Below, piece after piece: positions 10,662-21,876 of a stretch of DNA of 64,000 nucleotides; position 1 is the stretch's first letter; every line of letters begins with the position of its first letter. The stretch is from an uncultured Gemmatimonadales bacterium (lineage in GTDB: Bacteria > Gemmatimonadota > Gemmatimonadetes > Gemmatimonadales > GWC2-71-9): positions 96,001 through 160,000 of the forward strand of contig CAWJMT010000037.1 in assembly GCA_963844035.1 (NCBI GenBank). Reading direction: 5' to 3'. A program made the translations under genes and the position numbers. The notes below the pieces were generated by a model, which searched no databases, was not told the origin of the DNA, and saw only the letters and a program-made list of their open reading frames with translations.

Positions 10662-11434
10662 AGAACTACGTTCTCGCAAGCGTAGTGATGGGGGCGTGCA
10701 CGGTCGTCGGCACCCTGCTCATGGACGTGCTCTCGCTCACCGACATCGCCATGCTGCATCTGATCGGCGTCGGTGTCGTCGCGGCGCGGGCGACCCGGCG
10801 GCAGGCGGCGTTCGCCGCCATCCTGTCGGTGGCACTGTTCGACTTCTTCTTCGTGCCCCCCAGGTTCACCTTTACGGTATCCGATCTCCACTACGTCGGG
10901 ACATTCGGGGTGATGCTCGTGACCGCACTGGTGATCAGCTGGCTCGCCGAGCGCGTCCGCACGGAAGCCGCCGCCTCGCGGGAGCGGGAGCGGGGGACGG
11001 CAGCGTTGTATCCCATGAGCGAAGACCTGCTGAGTGCTGAGACGCTGAGCGACGTGGTCGGGATCATCGCCCGCCACGTGCGCGGCGCCTTCGGGGCCGA
11101 TACGCGGGTGCTGTTGCGGGAGCCCGGCGGTCGCCTTGCGCCCGCCGGTGGCCCGCCCGAGGCCGAGCAGCCGGACGGCGACCTGGCCCAGCTGGCGTTC
11201 CAGACGTGGGAGGCGGTCGGCGTAGGAACCACGCAATTCCCCAAGGCCAAGAATCTCTATCTGCCGCTCGTTGGCTCACACGGACGGCTCGGCGTGCTCG
11301 AGCTGCATCCCGACGATCCCGAGCGCTTCGCCGAGCCGGCGGTGCGCTGGCTGTTGCAGACCTTCGCCGCTCGGGCGGGGCTGGCGCTCGAGCGAGTGCT
11401 GCCGGACGTATCCGCGGCGCCGCGCGAGGCGTAG
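10658..11434 (+). CDS. KdpD-like DUF4118 (4 TM) + GAF protein lacking kinase and N-terminal domains
   Basis: Aligns by eye with the KdpD TM/GAF region ('LSLTDIAM', 'ALFDFFFVPPRFTF', 'RERERGTAALY', 'LYLPL', 'PDDPERF'); ATGA overlap with kdpD. Confidence 0.85.
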   Translation: MKNYVLASVVMGACTVVGTLLMDVLSLTDIAMLHLIGVGVVAARATRRQAAFAAILSVALFDFFFVPPRFTFTVSDLHYVGTFGVMLVTALVISWLAERVRTEAAASRERERGTAALYPMSEDLLSAETLSDVVGIIARHVRGAFGADTRVLLREPGGRLAPAGGPPEAEQPDGDLAQLAFQTWEAVGVGTTQFPKAKNLYLPLVGSHGRLGVLELHPDDPERFAEPAVRWLLQTFAARAGLALERVLPDVSAAPREA

Positions 11435-11462
11435 GTTCTGTCCCTCCGAATCCTTGGAAGAC

Positions 11463-12161
11463 ATGGCCGAGCCGCTGCCGGTGGTGCTCGTCGTCGAGGA
11501 CGAACCCGAGATGCGTCGTTTTCTCACGACGGCGCTCGAGAGCCACGACTGCCGCCCGGTTGAGGCCGCCACCGCGCGCGAGGGGCTCGCGCAGGCGAGC
11601 GGCCGCAACCCCGACGTGATCCTCCTCGATCTTGGCCTCCCTGACGGCGACGGCATCGATGTGACCCGCACCATTCGGGGGTGGTCGCGCGTGCCCATCA
11701 TCGTCCTCTCGGCGCGAGGACGGGAGCAGGACAAGATCGCCGCGCTCGATGCCGGTGCCGACGACTATCTGACGAAGCCGTTCGGCGTGGGGGAGCTCAT
11801 GGCGCGCCTGCGGGTCGCCTTGCGACATGCCGCTCAGCCGGAGTCGGCGCAGGCCGCAGCCGTCTTCACCGCTGGCGACCTGCGCGTCGACCTCGGCCGG
11901 CGCCAGGTGTGGGTGCGAGACGCCGAGGTTCACCTGACACCGCTGCAGTACAAGCTGCTTGCCGCCCTGGTGCGCCACGCGGGACAGGTGCTTTCCCACC
12001 GGCGCTTGCTGAGCGAAGTGTGGGGCCCGAACGTCACCGAGCATACGCACTACCTCCGGGTCTACATGGCGCAGCTGCGACACAAGCTCGAGCGCGACCC
12101 CGCGCGGCCGCGGCTGCTGCTCACCGAGTCGGGGGTGGGGTATCGGCTCAAGGTCGACTGA
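11463..12161 (+). CDS. kdpE: Response regulator KdpE
   Basis: 'VLVVEDE', 'DLGLPDGDG', 'GADDYLTKPF', 'HYLRVYMAQLRHKLE', 'TESGVGYRL'. Confidence 0.96.
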   Translation: MAEPLPVVLVVEDEPEMRRFLTTALESHDCRPVEAATAREGLAQASGRNPDVILLDLGLPDGDGIDVTRTIRGWSRVPIIVLSARGREQDKIAALDAGADDYLTKPFGVGELMARLRVALRHAAQPESAQAAAVFTAGDLRVDLGRRQVWVRDAEVHLTPLQYKLLAALVRHAGQVLSHRRLLSEVWGPNVTEHTHYLRVYMAQLRHKLERDPARPRLLLTESGVGYRLKVD

Positions 12162-12211
12162 GCCGGCGGGCGGGACGTGGCGACCCCGGCCTGATGCCCG
12201 TAGGTTCGCGC

Positions 12212-13564
12212 ATGCCTAAACTGGCGTTCCCTCACCCCCTCACATTGCTCGTGGTCTGCACGGTGCTCGCCGCGGCGGCGAGCTACGTGGTGCCGGCCGG
12301 CGAATACGAGCGGCGCGAAGATCCCGCGACGGGACGGCAGGTGGCGGTCGCCGCGACCTACCATCGCGTACCCCAAACGCCCGTCGGACTGTTCGCAGCG
12401 GTGATCGCGATTCCGCGCGGGATGGCGGACGCCGCCGCGGTGATCTTCTTCGTCTTCCTGGTCGGCGGGGCCTTCGCCGTCGTGGACCGCACCGGCGCGT
12501 TGCGCTGGGGCGTGGACCGGCTGGCGCGCGCCCTCGCGCGCCGCGACACGCTGGTGATTCCCATCTCCTGCCTCGCATTTGCCACGGGCGGCGCGCTCGA
12601 GCACATGTCGGAGGAGCTCATCGCCTTGATCCCGGTGATCCTCGTCCTCACCCGCAGCCTCGGCATGGACGCGGTGACGGCGGTGGCGATGAGCCTCGGT
12701 GCGGCGTCGGTCGGCGCCGCCTTCAGTCCCATCGACCCCTTCCTGGTGGGCATCGCTCAGAAGGTGGCGGGTCTCCCGCTGCTCTCAGGCGGGCTGTTCC
12801 GCACCGCGTTCCTGGCGCTGGCGCTCGGCCTGTGGATCTGGGGAACGATGCGCCACGCGGCGCGCACCCGCACCGCGCCGCCGGCGGCGCGCGACACCAG
12901 CGTCGCGCCGTCGGCAGATCTCGGCTCCCGCCATGGGTTCGTGCTGCTGCTCGTCGTCGTCACGTTTGCTGGGTTCGTGTACGGCGTGTTGCGGCTCGGG
13001 TGGGACTTCGAGCATATGGCGGCGCTCTTTTTCGTCATGGGCGTCGTGGCGGGCTTGATCGGCGGGCTGCGCGTCACCGGCACCGCCGCGGCGTTCGCGG
13101 ATGGGTTCAGCTCGATGGCGTCCGCCGCGCTGCTGATCGGGTTTGCGCGCGCGATCTTCGTGGTCCTGAACGACGGGCACATCGTGGACACGATCGTGCA
13201 CGCGTTGTTCACGCCGCTCGGCGACCTGCCCGTCACACTCTCGGCGTTGGGCATGATGGTGGCGCAGACCGCCGTGCACGTTCCGGTGCCGAGCACCAGC
13301 GGGCAGGCGGTCTTGACGATGCCGGTGCTGATCCCGTTGTCTGATCTGTTGGGTCTGTCGCGCCAGGTGACCGTGCTTGCTTTCCACTACGGAGCCGGGT
13401 TGTGCGAGCTCCTGACCCCGACCAACGGCGCGCTGATGGCGGTGCTCGCGGTGGCGGGCGTGAAGTACGAGGACTGGTTTCGGTTCCTGATGCCGCTGTA
13501 CATGCTGCTGTTTGGCTTGGGTGCCGTGGCGGTTGCCGTGGGAATCGCGGTCGGGCTGTCGTAG
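12212..13564 (+). CDS. YfcC/DcuC-like (C4-dicarboxylate anaerobic carrier family) transporter
   Basis: 'PHPLTLL', 'VPAGEYER', 'GIAQKVAGLPLLSG', 'PSTSGQAVLTMP', 'PTNGALMAVL'; alternative start at 12194. Confidence 0.85.
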   Translation: MPKLAFPHPLTLLVVCTVLAAAASYVVPAGEYERREDPATGRQVAVAATYHRVPQTPVGLFAAVIAIPRGMADAAAVIFFVFLVGGAFAVVDRTGALRWGVDRLARALARRDTLVIPISCLAFATGGALEHMSEELIALIPVILVLTRSLGMDAVTAVAMSLGAASVGAAFSPIDPFLVGIAQKVAGLPLLSGGLFRTAFLALALGLWIWGTMRHAARTRTAPPAARDTSVAPSADLGSRHGFVLLLVVVTFAGFVYGVLRLGWDFEHMAALFFVMGVVAGLIGGLRVTGTAAAFADGFSSMASAALLIGFARAIFVVLNDGHIVDTIVHALFTPLGDLPVTLSALGMMVAQTAVHVPVPSTSGQAVLTMPVLIPLSDLLGLSRQVTVLAFHYGAGLCELLTPTNGALMAVLAVAGVKYEDWFRFLMPLYMLLFGLGAVAVAVGIAVGLS

Positions 13565-13591
13565 ACCGCAATCCTCGAACCGGGAGGACGA

Positions 13592-15174
13592 ATGAAACGC
13601 AGAGACTTCCTCACGACCGGTGCGATGGTGAGCGCTGCGCTCGCAGCGACCCCCTCGCGGCGGGGACGAGCGGCCCCGCGCCCCGCGTCGGCGCCTGCCG
13701 CCCGACTTCGAGCTCGACGAGCTGACGATCGCCGAGCTGCAACAGGGGATGCGGGCGGGGAAGTACACCTCCCGGAGCCTGTGTGAGCAGTATCTCGCGC
13801 GCATCGACGCGCTCGACGCCCGAGGTCCCGCGATTCGGGCCGTGCTGGAAACCAATCCCGACGCACTGAGTATCGCGGCCGCGCTCGATGCGGAGCGGCG
13901 GGCCAAGGGCCCGCGCGGACCGCTGCACGGCATTCCGGTGCTCATCAAGGACAACGTCGCCACCGCCGATCGCCTGGCGACCGCCGCCGGCTCGCTGGCG
14001 CTGCTCGGCGCCAAGGCGCCGCGCGACTCGTTCGTCGCCGAACGCCTGCGCGCTGCCGGCGCCGTCATCCTCGGCAAGACAAACATGAGCGAGTGGGCCA
14101 ACTTCCGCTCCACTCGCTCGTCGAGTGGCTGGAGCGGACGCGGCGGCCAGGGGCTCAACCCCTACGCCCTCGACCGGAGTCCCTGCGGATCGAGCTCAGG
14201 CTCTGGGTCGGCGGTGGCTGCGAGCTTTTGCGCAGTGGCGGTGGGCACTGAGACCGACGGTTCGATTGTGTGCCCCTCGGCCGCGCATTCCCTGGTGGGC
14301 ATCAAGCCGACGGTCGGCCTGGTGAGCGGCGCCGGCATCATTCCCATCGCCCACAGCCAGGACACCGCCGGGACCGATGGCGCGGACCGTCGCCGACGCG
14401 AGCGTCTTGCTCGGCGCGCTGGCCGGCGTGGACTACGCGCCCTCCCTCGATCCGCAGGGCCTGCGCGCGGCCCGCATCGGGGTCGCGCGGGCGAAGTTTT
14501 TCGGCTATCACCCGCCGACCGATCGCCTGGTCGAGGACGCGATCGATGCGATGCGTAAACTCGGCGCCGTCATCGTCGACCCGGCGGACATTCCCCACGC
14601 CGGTCGAATACGACGACACCGAGCTCGAAGTCCTGCTCTACGAGTTCAAGGCCGACGTGAACCGCTACCTCGCCGACCTGGGACCCGGACGCACCGGTGC
14701 GGTCCCTGCAGGACGTGATCGCCTTCAACGAGCGGGAGCCGCGCGAGGCGCTCCGGGTGTTCGACCAGGATCTCCTGCTCAAGGCGCAGGACAGGGGGCC
14801 GCTCACGGACGCCGCCTATCGCACGGCGCTGGCCACGGACCAACGCCTCTCCCGCGACGAGGGGCTCGACGTCGTGTTCGCGACGATGAACCTCGACGCG
14901 ATCGTGGCCCCCACGGGCAACCCCCCCTGCGCCATCGACGCCGTGAACGGGGATCATTTTCTCGGTTCGAGCTCGACGCCCGCGGCGGTGGCGGGCTACC
15001 CGAGCATCACGGTCCCGGTGGGCTTCGTGTTCGGACTTCCCGTCGGGCTGTCGTTCATCGGAAAACCGCGCAGCGAGCCCCTGCTTATCAAACTGGCGTT
15101 CGCGCTGGAGCAGGCGACCAAGGCCCGCCGGCCGCCCAGGTTTCTGCCGACGCGCCGATCTGGCGGGGGCGTGA
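13592..15174 (+). CDS. Tat-exported amidase (amidase signature family), several apparent frameshifts
   Basis: Twin-Arg 'MKRRDFL'; 'GPLHGIPVLIKDN', 'GSSSGS', 'GTETDGSIVCPS'; pieces in several frames; inferred true stop at 15172-15174 just before the hairpin. Confidence 0.88.
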
Positions 15175-15183
15175 CTCGAGACA

Positions 15184-15217
15184 CGAACGGCCGGGGCTAC
15201 CGCGCCCCGGCCGTTCG
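15184..15217. terminator. Perfect 14-bp hairpin between convergent genes (probable bidirectional terminator)
   Basis: CGAACGGCCGGGGC-taccgc-GCCCCGGCCGTTCG; no long U tract. Confidence 0.65.
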
Positions 15218-15242
15218 CCGCTCACAACGCTGCTGTGTTCGG

Positions 15243-16669
15243 CTAGAAGGTGAAGGTCTCCGCGCGCCGCGTTCCCGGGGCGTTCACGTCGTCCCCACCC
15301 GCCACCAGCACGTGGTAGGACCCGTTGCCGCGCCACATAGCCCGTGGTCGCCTGGTTGAAGAGGTTGCAGGAGCACAGCGCGTTGAGGGAGGTGGCGGGA
15401 GCGGCGGTCGTAAACGTGCCGGCGGTGCCGTCCTCGTTGATCGCGGCGTATTCCGACTCGCTCGTGTGGGTCGACGCGCCGGTGTACAGCCCACCGATGA
15501 CCAGCGCATTCCCCGCTGAAAACACGGCGGTGGTCGCCGCGCGGGCGTGCCCGAGCCCGGTCGTTGGCGACCAGGGGGTCGCGATGTCACGGGTGCTGGG
15601 GTTGAGCTTGGCGACGTACACCGTGCTCTGCGAGCTGCTGGGACCGGTGTCGTTGGGTGCGATCGCGCTGCCGTCACCGCCCACTACGTAGAGGTACAGT
15701 CCCAACACGTCGAATCCGAAGCGGGCCCGCCCGCCGGGGAGCGGCTCCCTGCACTTTCCAGGGCCCGTTCAGCGCGCCATCCACCTGAATCGGCAAGCGA
15801 TAGGTGGCCATGACAGGGTTGTTGCTGGCACCTGCCCCCCCAACCACATACATCGAGCCGTACTGAACGGCGGCGCCGAGGGAGCGCAGCGGTGCGGGCA
15901 GGGCAGTGATGGACGTCCAGTTGCCGAGGATCCCGGTATTGGCGATCGGCGCGCGATAGATCGTGGTGACAGGCGCGCCGCCGGCGCTGGTGGAGCCGCC
16001 CAGCACGTACAAGAACCCGAAGGTGAGGATTGCGGAATTCCACTGAGTGACGGCCACGACTGCGGGGAACGCGAGCGCAGTGGGGAGTGGCGTCGTCGCC
16101 GTCCACGCCCCGAGTGTGCCGGTGGTGCCCACTGGCGAGTAGTACACGGTGTTCACCGGCGCTCCGCCGGCCGCGCCGCCGCCCACGACATAGACGAAGC
16201 CGTTCGCACCGATTTTCGCGTACGCCGCCGCGGCTCCACTGATGCCCTCGGGAAGAGCGGGACCTGCCGTCCATGTGACCGCGGACGGAGTGAAGGGTTG
16301 GGCCGGTGTCAGGGTGAAGGTCCGCTGGCCGCTCGAGATGCTGCTATTTCCGTTAATCACGCTTATGAAGTAGTCACCGGGCGTCACCGTCGGCGCGACG
16401 ATCGTAATCGCAGCCGCAGTCCAGCTCAACACCGTCGGGTTGATGCCGACGCCGCCCGTTTGTGGGACGAAGTTTACCCGGCCGGCCCCCTGGGTTTCAC
16501 CGAATCCTGCGCCCGCGAGCACCACCACGCTTCCCACCGCGCCCATGGGCGTGGTCGCCCCATTCACGTTGGAAAGCACGGGCTGCGTCTGCGGCAAGAT
16601 GTTCCCGAAGCTGCAGGCGGTGAGCGCGATGCACAGCGCGAGCGACAGGGTCCGAATTGCAAGTCGCAT
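15243..16669 (-). CDS. Lipoprotein with IPT/TIG domain and Kelch-like beta-propeller (frameshifts near 15735 and 15335)
   Basis: Lipobox LTA-C; 'GSVVVLAGAGFG...SWTAAAI'; repeated 'YVVGG...W...LP' blades. Confidence 0.75.
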
Positions 16670-16891
16670 GACAGACTCCCAAAAAGGGTCGAAGATGCAC
16701 TTTAAGATAGCAGGGACAAATAGCGCCTCAGTACGTACACCACAGAGGTTCGGAGGTCACACCCCCCCCACCGCACTCGGGCCAGGGGCTACCAGTCCCG
16801 GGCACGGTCGCGCTATGCTTCGCGCGATTATCGTCCCCACGACGGGAGCAATGCGCTGATACGAACTTCGCTGCTCGGGCCCACCCGCCAC

Positions 16892-18412
16892 TTGCTGGTT
16901 CTCGGGGCGCTGGCCACGTCTGCCGGAGCGCAGGCCCGTGTCCCGCCGCGTTTCGACGCCGACGTCACCCGGGCGCTACGCGCGTTCCAGATTCCCGGTA
17001 CGGCGATCGTCGTCGTGAAGGACGGGAAGGTTGTCCTCGCCAAGGGCTACGGGGTGCAGCGGGTGGGCGATCGCACACCGAGCGATCCGCACACCCTCTT
17101 CCAGATCGCCTCCATGACCAAGGCCTTCACGGCGGCCTCCTTGGCGATGCTCGTGGACTCTGGGAAAATCGGGTGGGACGACCCGGTCATCCGCTATCTC
17201 CCCGACTTCCAGATGTTCGACCCCTGGGTGACGCGGGAGATCACCATTCGCGATCTCCTGACCCATCGCAGCGGGCTCGGGCTCGGCGCGGGCGACCTGC
17301 TCTGGCTGCACTCGGACTACAGCCGTAAAGAGATCATCTACCGCATGCGCGCGGCCCGGCCGGTGTCGAGTTTTCGGAGTCAGTACGCCTACGACAATGT
17401 GCTGTATGCCGTGGCTGGGGAGATCATCCCGGCCGTGACCGGGCTGAGCTGGGAAGAGTTCGTGCGCCAGCGGATTTTCGCGCCCTTAGGGATGACCCAG
17501 TCCAGAACCGGTGTGGCCGCCCTCGCGGCCGGCGACCGGCTCGCCGCGGCGCACGGCGTATCGGGCGGCGCGATCCGCGTCATCCCGATCGACACCGTCG
17601 ACAACATCGGTCCGGCCGCTTCGATCATCTCGAGCGCGTCCGATCTCGCCAAGTGGGTGATCGCCCAGCTCGATTCCGGGCGGATGGGGAGCACGCGCCT
17701 GTGGAGTGCCCGGCAGACGCGCGAGATGTGGTCTCCACAAACGATCATGCCCATTTCCGATCCGGGGTCTGCGCTCGCCGCCACGCGGCCCAACTTCGCG
17801 GCGTATGGGCTCGGGTGGCGGGTGCGCGACTACCGCGGCCGCAAGCTGGTGTGGCACACCGGTGGCCTGGCCGGCATGACGTCGAAGACGACCCTCGTTC
17901 CTGAGCTGCGGCTCGGCATCATCATGCTCACGAACGGCGAGAGCTCGATGTACGAGGCGCTCACCTACGGCTTGCTCGACCATTTCTTCGGCGCTCCCTC
18001 CAAGGACTGGATCGCGGCGTACCAGGCGGCGGCGCGGCAGGACCAGGCCAGCGCCGACTCCGAAATGGCGGCGCTGCGGCGCTCCCGCGATACCACGGCC
18101 CGTCCGTCGCTCCCGCTCGCGCGCTACGCGGGCCGCTACACCGACGCACTCTACGGCGACGCCACGATCACGCTGGAAAACAACGCCCTGGTGTTGCGGT
18201 TCACGCGCTCGCCCGCGTTCGTCGGGGATCTCGTCTATTGGGGCTACGAAACGTTTCGCACCAATTGGCGCACCCCCAACCTCGCCGACGCGTTCGTCAC
18301 CTTCACCCTCAAGCCGGGCGGGACGGTGGAGCAATTCACCATGGACGCCGTATCGCCGCAGGCGGACTTCAGCTACGACTATCAGGATCTGAGATTCGTC
18401 CCCACGCGATGA
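16892..18412 (+). CDS. Serine hydrolase, beta-lactamase class C-like, with C-terminal DUF3471-like domain
   Basis: SxxK 'IASMTK', 'DLLTHRSG', YxN 'YDN', 'WHTGG', C-terminal 'YAGRYTDALYGDATI'; start uncertain. Confidence 0.88.
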   Translation: MLVLGALATSAGAQARVPPRFDADVTRALRAFQIPGTAIVVVKDGKVVLAKGYGVQRVGDRTPSDPHTLFQIASMTKAFTAASLAMLVDSGKIGWDDPVIRYLPDFQMFDPWVTREITIRDLLTHRSGLGLGAGDLLWLHSDYSRKEIIYRMRAARPVSSFRSQYAYDNVLYAVAGEIIPAVTGLSWEEFVRQRIFAPLGMTQSRTGVAALAAGDRLAAAHGVSGGAIRVIPIDTVDNIGPAASIISSASDLAKWVIAQLDSGRMGSTRLWSARQTREMWSPQTIMPISDPGSALAATRPNFAAYGLGWRVRDYRGRKLVWHTGGLAGMTSKTTLVPELRLGIIMLTNGESSMYEALTYGLLDHFFGAPSKDWIAAYQAAARQDQASADSEMAALRRSRDTTARPSLPLARYAGRYTDALYGDATITLENNALVLRFTRSPAFVGDLVYWGYETFRTNWRTPNLADAFVTFTLKPGGTVEQFTMDAVSPQADFSYDYQDLRFVPTR

Positions 18413-19377
18413 AAGCGATCCGCGTTCACTCGCACGGTGCCCCCGAAGTCCTCACGTACGAAGATGTCCCACAGCCGGTGCCGGGTCCGCTCGAGGCCCT
18501 CGTGAAGCTCGAGGCGGCCGGCGTGAACTTCATCGACGTGTATCACCGCACCGGGCGCTATCCCACGTCGCTCCCGTACACGATCGGCCAGGAGGGTGCC
18601 GGGACGGTGGTCGCGGTGGGCGCCGAGGCGCGCGGCGTGCGCACCGGTGACCGGGTCGCCTATACGGGCGTGCAGGGCGCCTACGCAGAGTATGCGGCCG
18701 TTCCCGCCGAACGGCTGATCGCGATCCCCGACGGGGTGAGCACGCGGCAGGGAGCGGCCGCAATGCTGCAAGGGATGACCGCTCACTACCTCGCCTGCAC
18801 GACCTATCCCCTCAAAGCGGGCGACACCTGCCTGGTGCATGCCGCGGCGGGGGGCGTCGGCTTGTTGCTGTGCCAGGTTGCCAAGCTGCGGGGCGCGCGG
18901 GTGCTCGGTACGGTCTCGACCGAGGCCAAGGCGCGCCTCGCGCGTGAGGCCGGTGCCGACGAAGTGATTTTCTATACCACGAGCGACTTCGAGGAAGCCG
19001 TGAAACGCCTCACCGGAGGCGCGGGGGTTCAGGTGGTTTACGATGCGGTGGGGAAGACCACGTTCACGAAGGGACTGAACTGTCTGGCGCGCCGTGGCAT
19101 GATGGTGCTATACGGTCAGTCGAGCGGGGCCGTCGATCCGGTCGATCCTCAGGTGTTGAACCAGAAGGGTTCGCTCTTCCTCACGCGGCCCAACATCGCG
19201 CACTACGTGGCGACGCGCGAGGAGCTCGAGTTGCGGGCGGGCGAGGTGTTCGCCTGGATCCGCGGGGGGCGGCTCAGGGTGCGCATCGGCCGGGAGTTTC
19301 CCCTTGCCGACGCCGCCGAGGCGCACCGGGAGCTCGAAGGGCGACAGACGACGGGCAAAGTTCTGCTCATTCCGTAG
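18409..19377 (+). CDS. qor: NADPH:quinone oxidoreductase (zeta-crystallin family)
   Basis: 'GVNFIDVYHRTGRYP', 'HAAAGGVG', 'KGSLFLTRP', 'TTGKVLLIP'. Confidence 0.92.
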   Translation: MKAIRVHSHGAPEVLTYEDVPQPVPGPLEALVKLEAAGVNFIDVYHRTGRYPTSLPYTIGQEGAGTVVAVGAEARGVRTGDRVAYTGVQGAYAEYAAVPAERLIAIPDGVSTRQGAAAMLQGMTAHYLACTTYPLKAGDTCLVHAAAGGVGLLLCQVAKLRGARVLGTVSTEAKARLAREAGADEVIFYTTSDFEEAVKRLTGGAGVQVVYDAVGKTTFTKGLNCLARRGMMVLYGQSSGAVDPVDPQVLNQKGSLFLTRPNIAHYVATREELELRAGEVFAWIRGGRLRVRIGREFPLADAAEAHRELEGRQTTGKVLLIP

Positions 19378-20441
19378 CGGCCTCCCGCGCGAGCAGCGCC
19401 TGCTTGCGCTTCAACCCCCAACGGTACCCGCCCAGTCCTCCGTCCTCGCGCACCACGCGGTGACAGGGGACGACAATCGCGACGGGATTGGTCGCGCAGG
19501 CGCGGGCGACGGCACGCGCGGCCGTGGGCTTCCCGATGGCGCGCGCGATCGCGGAATACGAGCGCGTCGCTGCCGTACGGGATCCGCTGCAACGCCTCCC
19601 AGACGCGTCGCTGAAACGCGGTGGCGCGAACGTCGATGGGGAGATCGAGTGGCGCCGTGCCCCCATCCACGTGGGCCGTGAGGCTGGAGACCCAGGCCTT
19701 CAACCGCCCGTCGTCCCGCGCGACCGTCGCCGCGGGGAATTCCGACCGGAGCGCCCGCTCGAGCGGTGCGGCGCTGTCGCCGAGACTGATCCGGCAGAGG
19801 CCGCGCTCGGTGGCGGCGACCAACAGCCAACCGAGCGAGCAGGGCACGGTGGCGAAGCGAACCGCGACGCCCGGTCCGCCGCGGCTGTAGGTCGCGGGCG
19901 TCATACCGAGGTGGGCGTGCGTGCGCTCGTACACGCGGCTGGTCGAGCCGTATCCGGCCTCGTAGAGAGCTGGACTCACTTTTTTCCCTCCTTTCAGCTG
20001 GGTCTTGAACCGGGCGAGGCGTCGCTCGTCGGCGTATTGGCGCGGGCTGATGCCCAGCACGTGTTGAAATGCGCGCAGCAGCCGATGCGGCGTGGTGCCG
20101 CCACGCGCGGCCAGCGTCGCCAGGGGCGTGGGTGCATCGGGGTGTGCGTCGATGAGCCGGCACGTGTCCCGCACCAGGGCCACGCGCGGATCGGCGACGC
20201 TGGCTTGTCCCGGGCGGCAGCGCCGGCACGCGCGGAATCCGGCACGCTCGGCGGCGTCTGTCCGGGCGAAGAACTCGACTTGACCGCGGCGCGGTTTCCG
20301 GCTCGGGCAGGAGGGAAGGCAGTAGATCCCGGTCGAGCGCACGCCGTACACGAATGCGCTGTCGTAGCGGCGATCGCGCGCCAGCACGATCCGCCAGCGG
20401 CGTGCGGCACTCAGGGTCGAAACGGCAGCGGCACGGCTCAC
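19367..20441 (-). CDS. ada: Bifunctional Ada regulator / O6-methylguanine-DNA methyltransferase (frameshift near 19572)
   Basis: 'STGIYCLPSCPSR', 'GFRACRRC', AraC HTH, active site 'VPCHRV'. Confidence 0.93.
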
Positions 20442-20532
20442 GCAAGTAACGTAGCGCGCTGCCGTGCCGCTTTCTATCCGATTCTTGTGCTCGAAGTGCC
20501 TGCCTGCCCGTCTACGCGTCTATGCGCCTAGC

Positions 20533-21018
20533 CTAATTCCACGGCTCGTCCGCCGTTGGCCCGTAGATCGAGGGCACTTTTCCGTCCGTCATGCGAAGGT
20601 ATACGGAGAACTGACCGCGATGGTGCACGGCGTCCATCAGCATCATCCAGAGGATGTCCATCGTACGGAGATCCCCCACCTTCTTGGGGCCGGTGGCGAA
20701 CTTCACCGTCTTGTTCAGGTCGGCGTCGGGCGTACGCTTCACGCGCTCGACGAACGCCGCATGCGACTTTTCATAGCCCGAGATCACCTCCGGGAACGTC
20801 GCGGGCGAGGGTGGCAACTTTGCGAACTCGATCGCGCCGTCCAGCGCCATGTCGCAGGCCTTTTCCTCGAGCACAAAGTTCCAGGCGAGATCATGGGCGC
20901 TTCTCGACTTGGCGTGAGGCTTGAAACCGCCTTTCGCCGCAGGATAGGCCTTCAACACCTTGATCGTGGTCGGAAACTCCCGTGCCACTGCGGTCAGGTA
21001 CTGCTCCTTCTCCGTCAT
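20533..21018 (-). CDS. DinB family protein
   Basis: 'HHRGQFSVYLRMTDGKVPSIYGP'. Confidence 0.85.
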   Translation of the reverse strand: MTEKEQYLTAVAREFPTTIKVLKAYPAAKGGFKPHAKSRSAHDLAWNFVLEEKACDMALDGAIEFAKLPPSPATFPEVISGYEKSHAAFVERVKRTPDADLNKTVKFATGPKKVGDLRTMDILWMMLMDAVHHRGQFSVYLRMTDGKVPSIYGPTADEPWN

Positions 21019-21079
21019 GATGCCCGTCTCCTTAACTGGCGCCAACGCGCCTGCTTCGGGTTTGTGAACGAACCGGCTC

Positions 21080-21532
21080 TCAGACTACCGGCTGAAGGAT
21101 CGCGTCGAGCTTATCGAGGCTGCCGCGCCACCCATGCTCGTGCTTTTCCAGAGCCTCGGCGGCCAGGAACAGCTCGTGTTTGAGCACCACTTCGGTCGCG
21201 CGGCCGCGCTCGAAGAACTCGACCGTCACCAGCGTTTCGCCCATTTCGGGACTGGTCTCCCAGGTCCACGTATAGACGAGTTTCTTCGGGGGATCGACCT
21301 CACGGTACACACCCACGAGACGCGCTTCGCTGCCGTCGGGCGCCCGCATGTGTACCCGGTAGGCGCCGCCGACCCGCAGGTCCACTTCGACGAGGGGGGT
21401 CGAACGGTCGCCCGGGCCTTTCCACCGCTTCATTTCTTCCGGCGTCGTCCACGCCCGGAAGACGCGCTCCCGGGACGCTTGGAAGGTGCGTCGGAGCGTG
21501 AGGGCGGTGGTGCGCTGTTGCTGAGTGGCCAT
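21080..21532 (-). CDS. SRPBCC/AHSA1 domain protein
   Basis: '[12 protein letters not shown]', 'DLRVGGAYR', 'GVYREVDPPKKLVYTW', 'HEHGW'. Confidence 0.9.
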   Translation of the reverse strand: MATQQQRTTALTLRRTFQASRERVFRAWTTPEEMKRWKGPGDRSTPLVEVDLRVGGAYRVHMRAPDGSEARLVGVYREVDPPKKLVYTWTWETSPEMGETLVTVEFFERGRATEVVLKHELFLAAEALEKHEHGWRGSLDKLDAILQPVV

Positions 21533-21876
21533 GGGAAGGTCTCCTCCGGTTCCGTGGCGGCGAGGTAGGTAGCGAGCGCGTCGAACTGGTGCTCCCAGAA
21601 CCGCCGATAGTGTTCGATCCACCGGGCGGCGCCCTTCATCGGACGCGCCTGGAGCCGGCAACGTCGCACGCGTCCGTGCTTGGCGTGCACCAGCAGGCCG
21701 GCCCGTTCGAGCACCCGGAGGTGTTTGTGCACCCCGGGCAGCGAAATGCGAAACGGCTGCGCCAGTTCGGTGACCGACGCTTCCCGCGTAGCGAGATGCG
21801 CGAGGATCGCGCGCCTCGTTGGGTCCGCGAGAGCGGCGAACACCGCGTCCAGTTCGCCCGCCGAATGGTTAACCAT
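21430..21876 (-). CDS. ArsR/SmtB family transcriptional regulator
   Basis: '[17 protein letters not shown]', '[11 protein letters not shown]', 'FWEHQFDAL'. Confidence 0.9.
   Translation of the reverse strand: MVNHSAGELDAVFAALADPTRRAILAHLATREASVTELAQPFRISLPGVHKHLRVLERAGLLVHAKHGRVRRCRLQARPMKGAARWIEHYRRFWEHQFDALATYLAATEPEETFPWPLSNSAPPPSRSDAPSKRPGSASSGRGRRRKK

Noticed and set aside
21430..21532. ArsR C-terminal tail overlapping the SRPBCC gene by about 100 nt as a dual-coding region
   Set aside because: Low-complexity run-on past the conserved domain; likely stop-codon drift or an indel, with no evidence of function.
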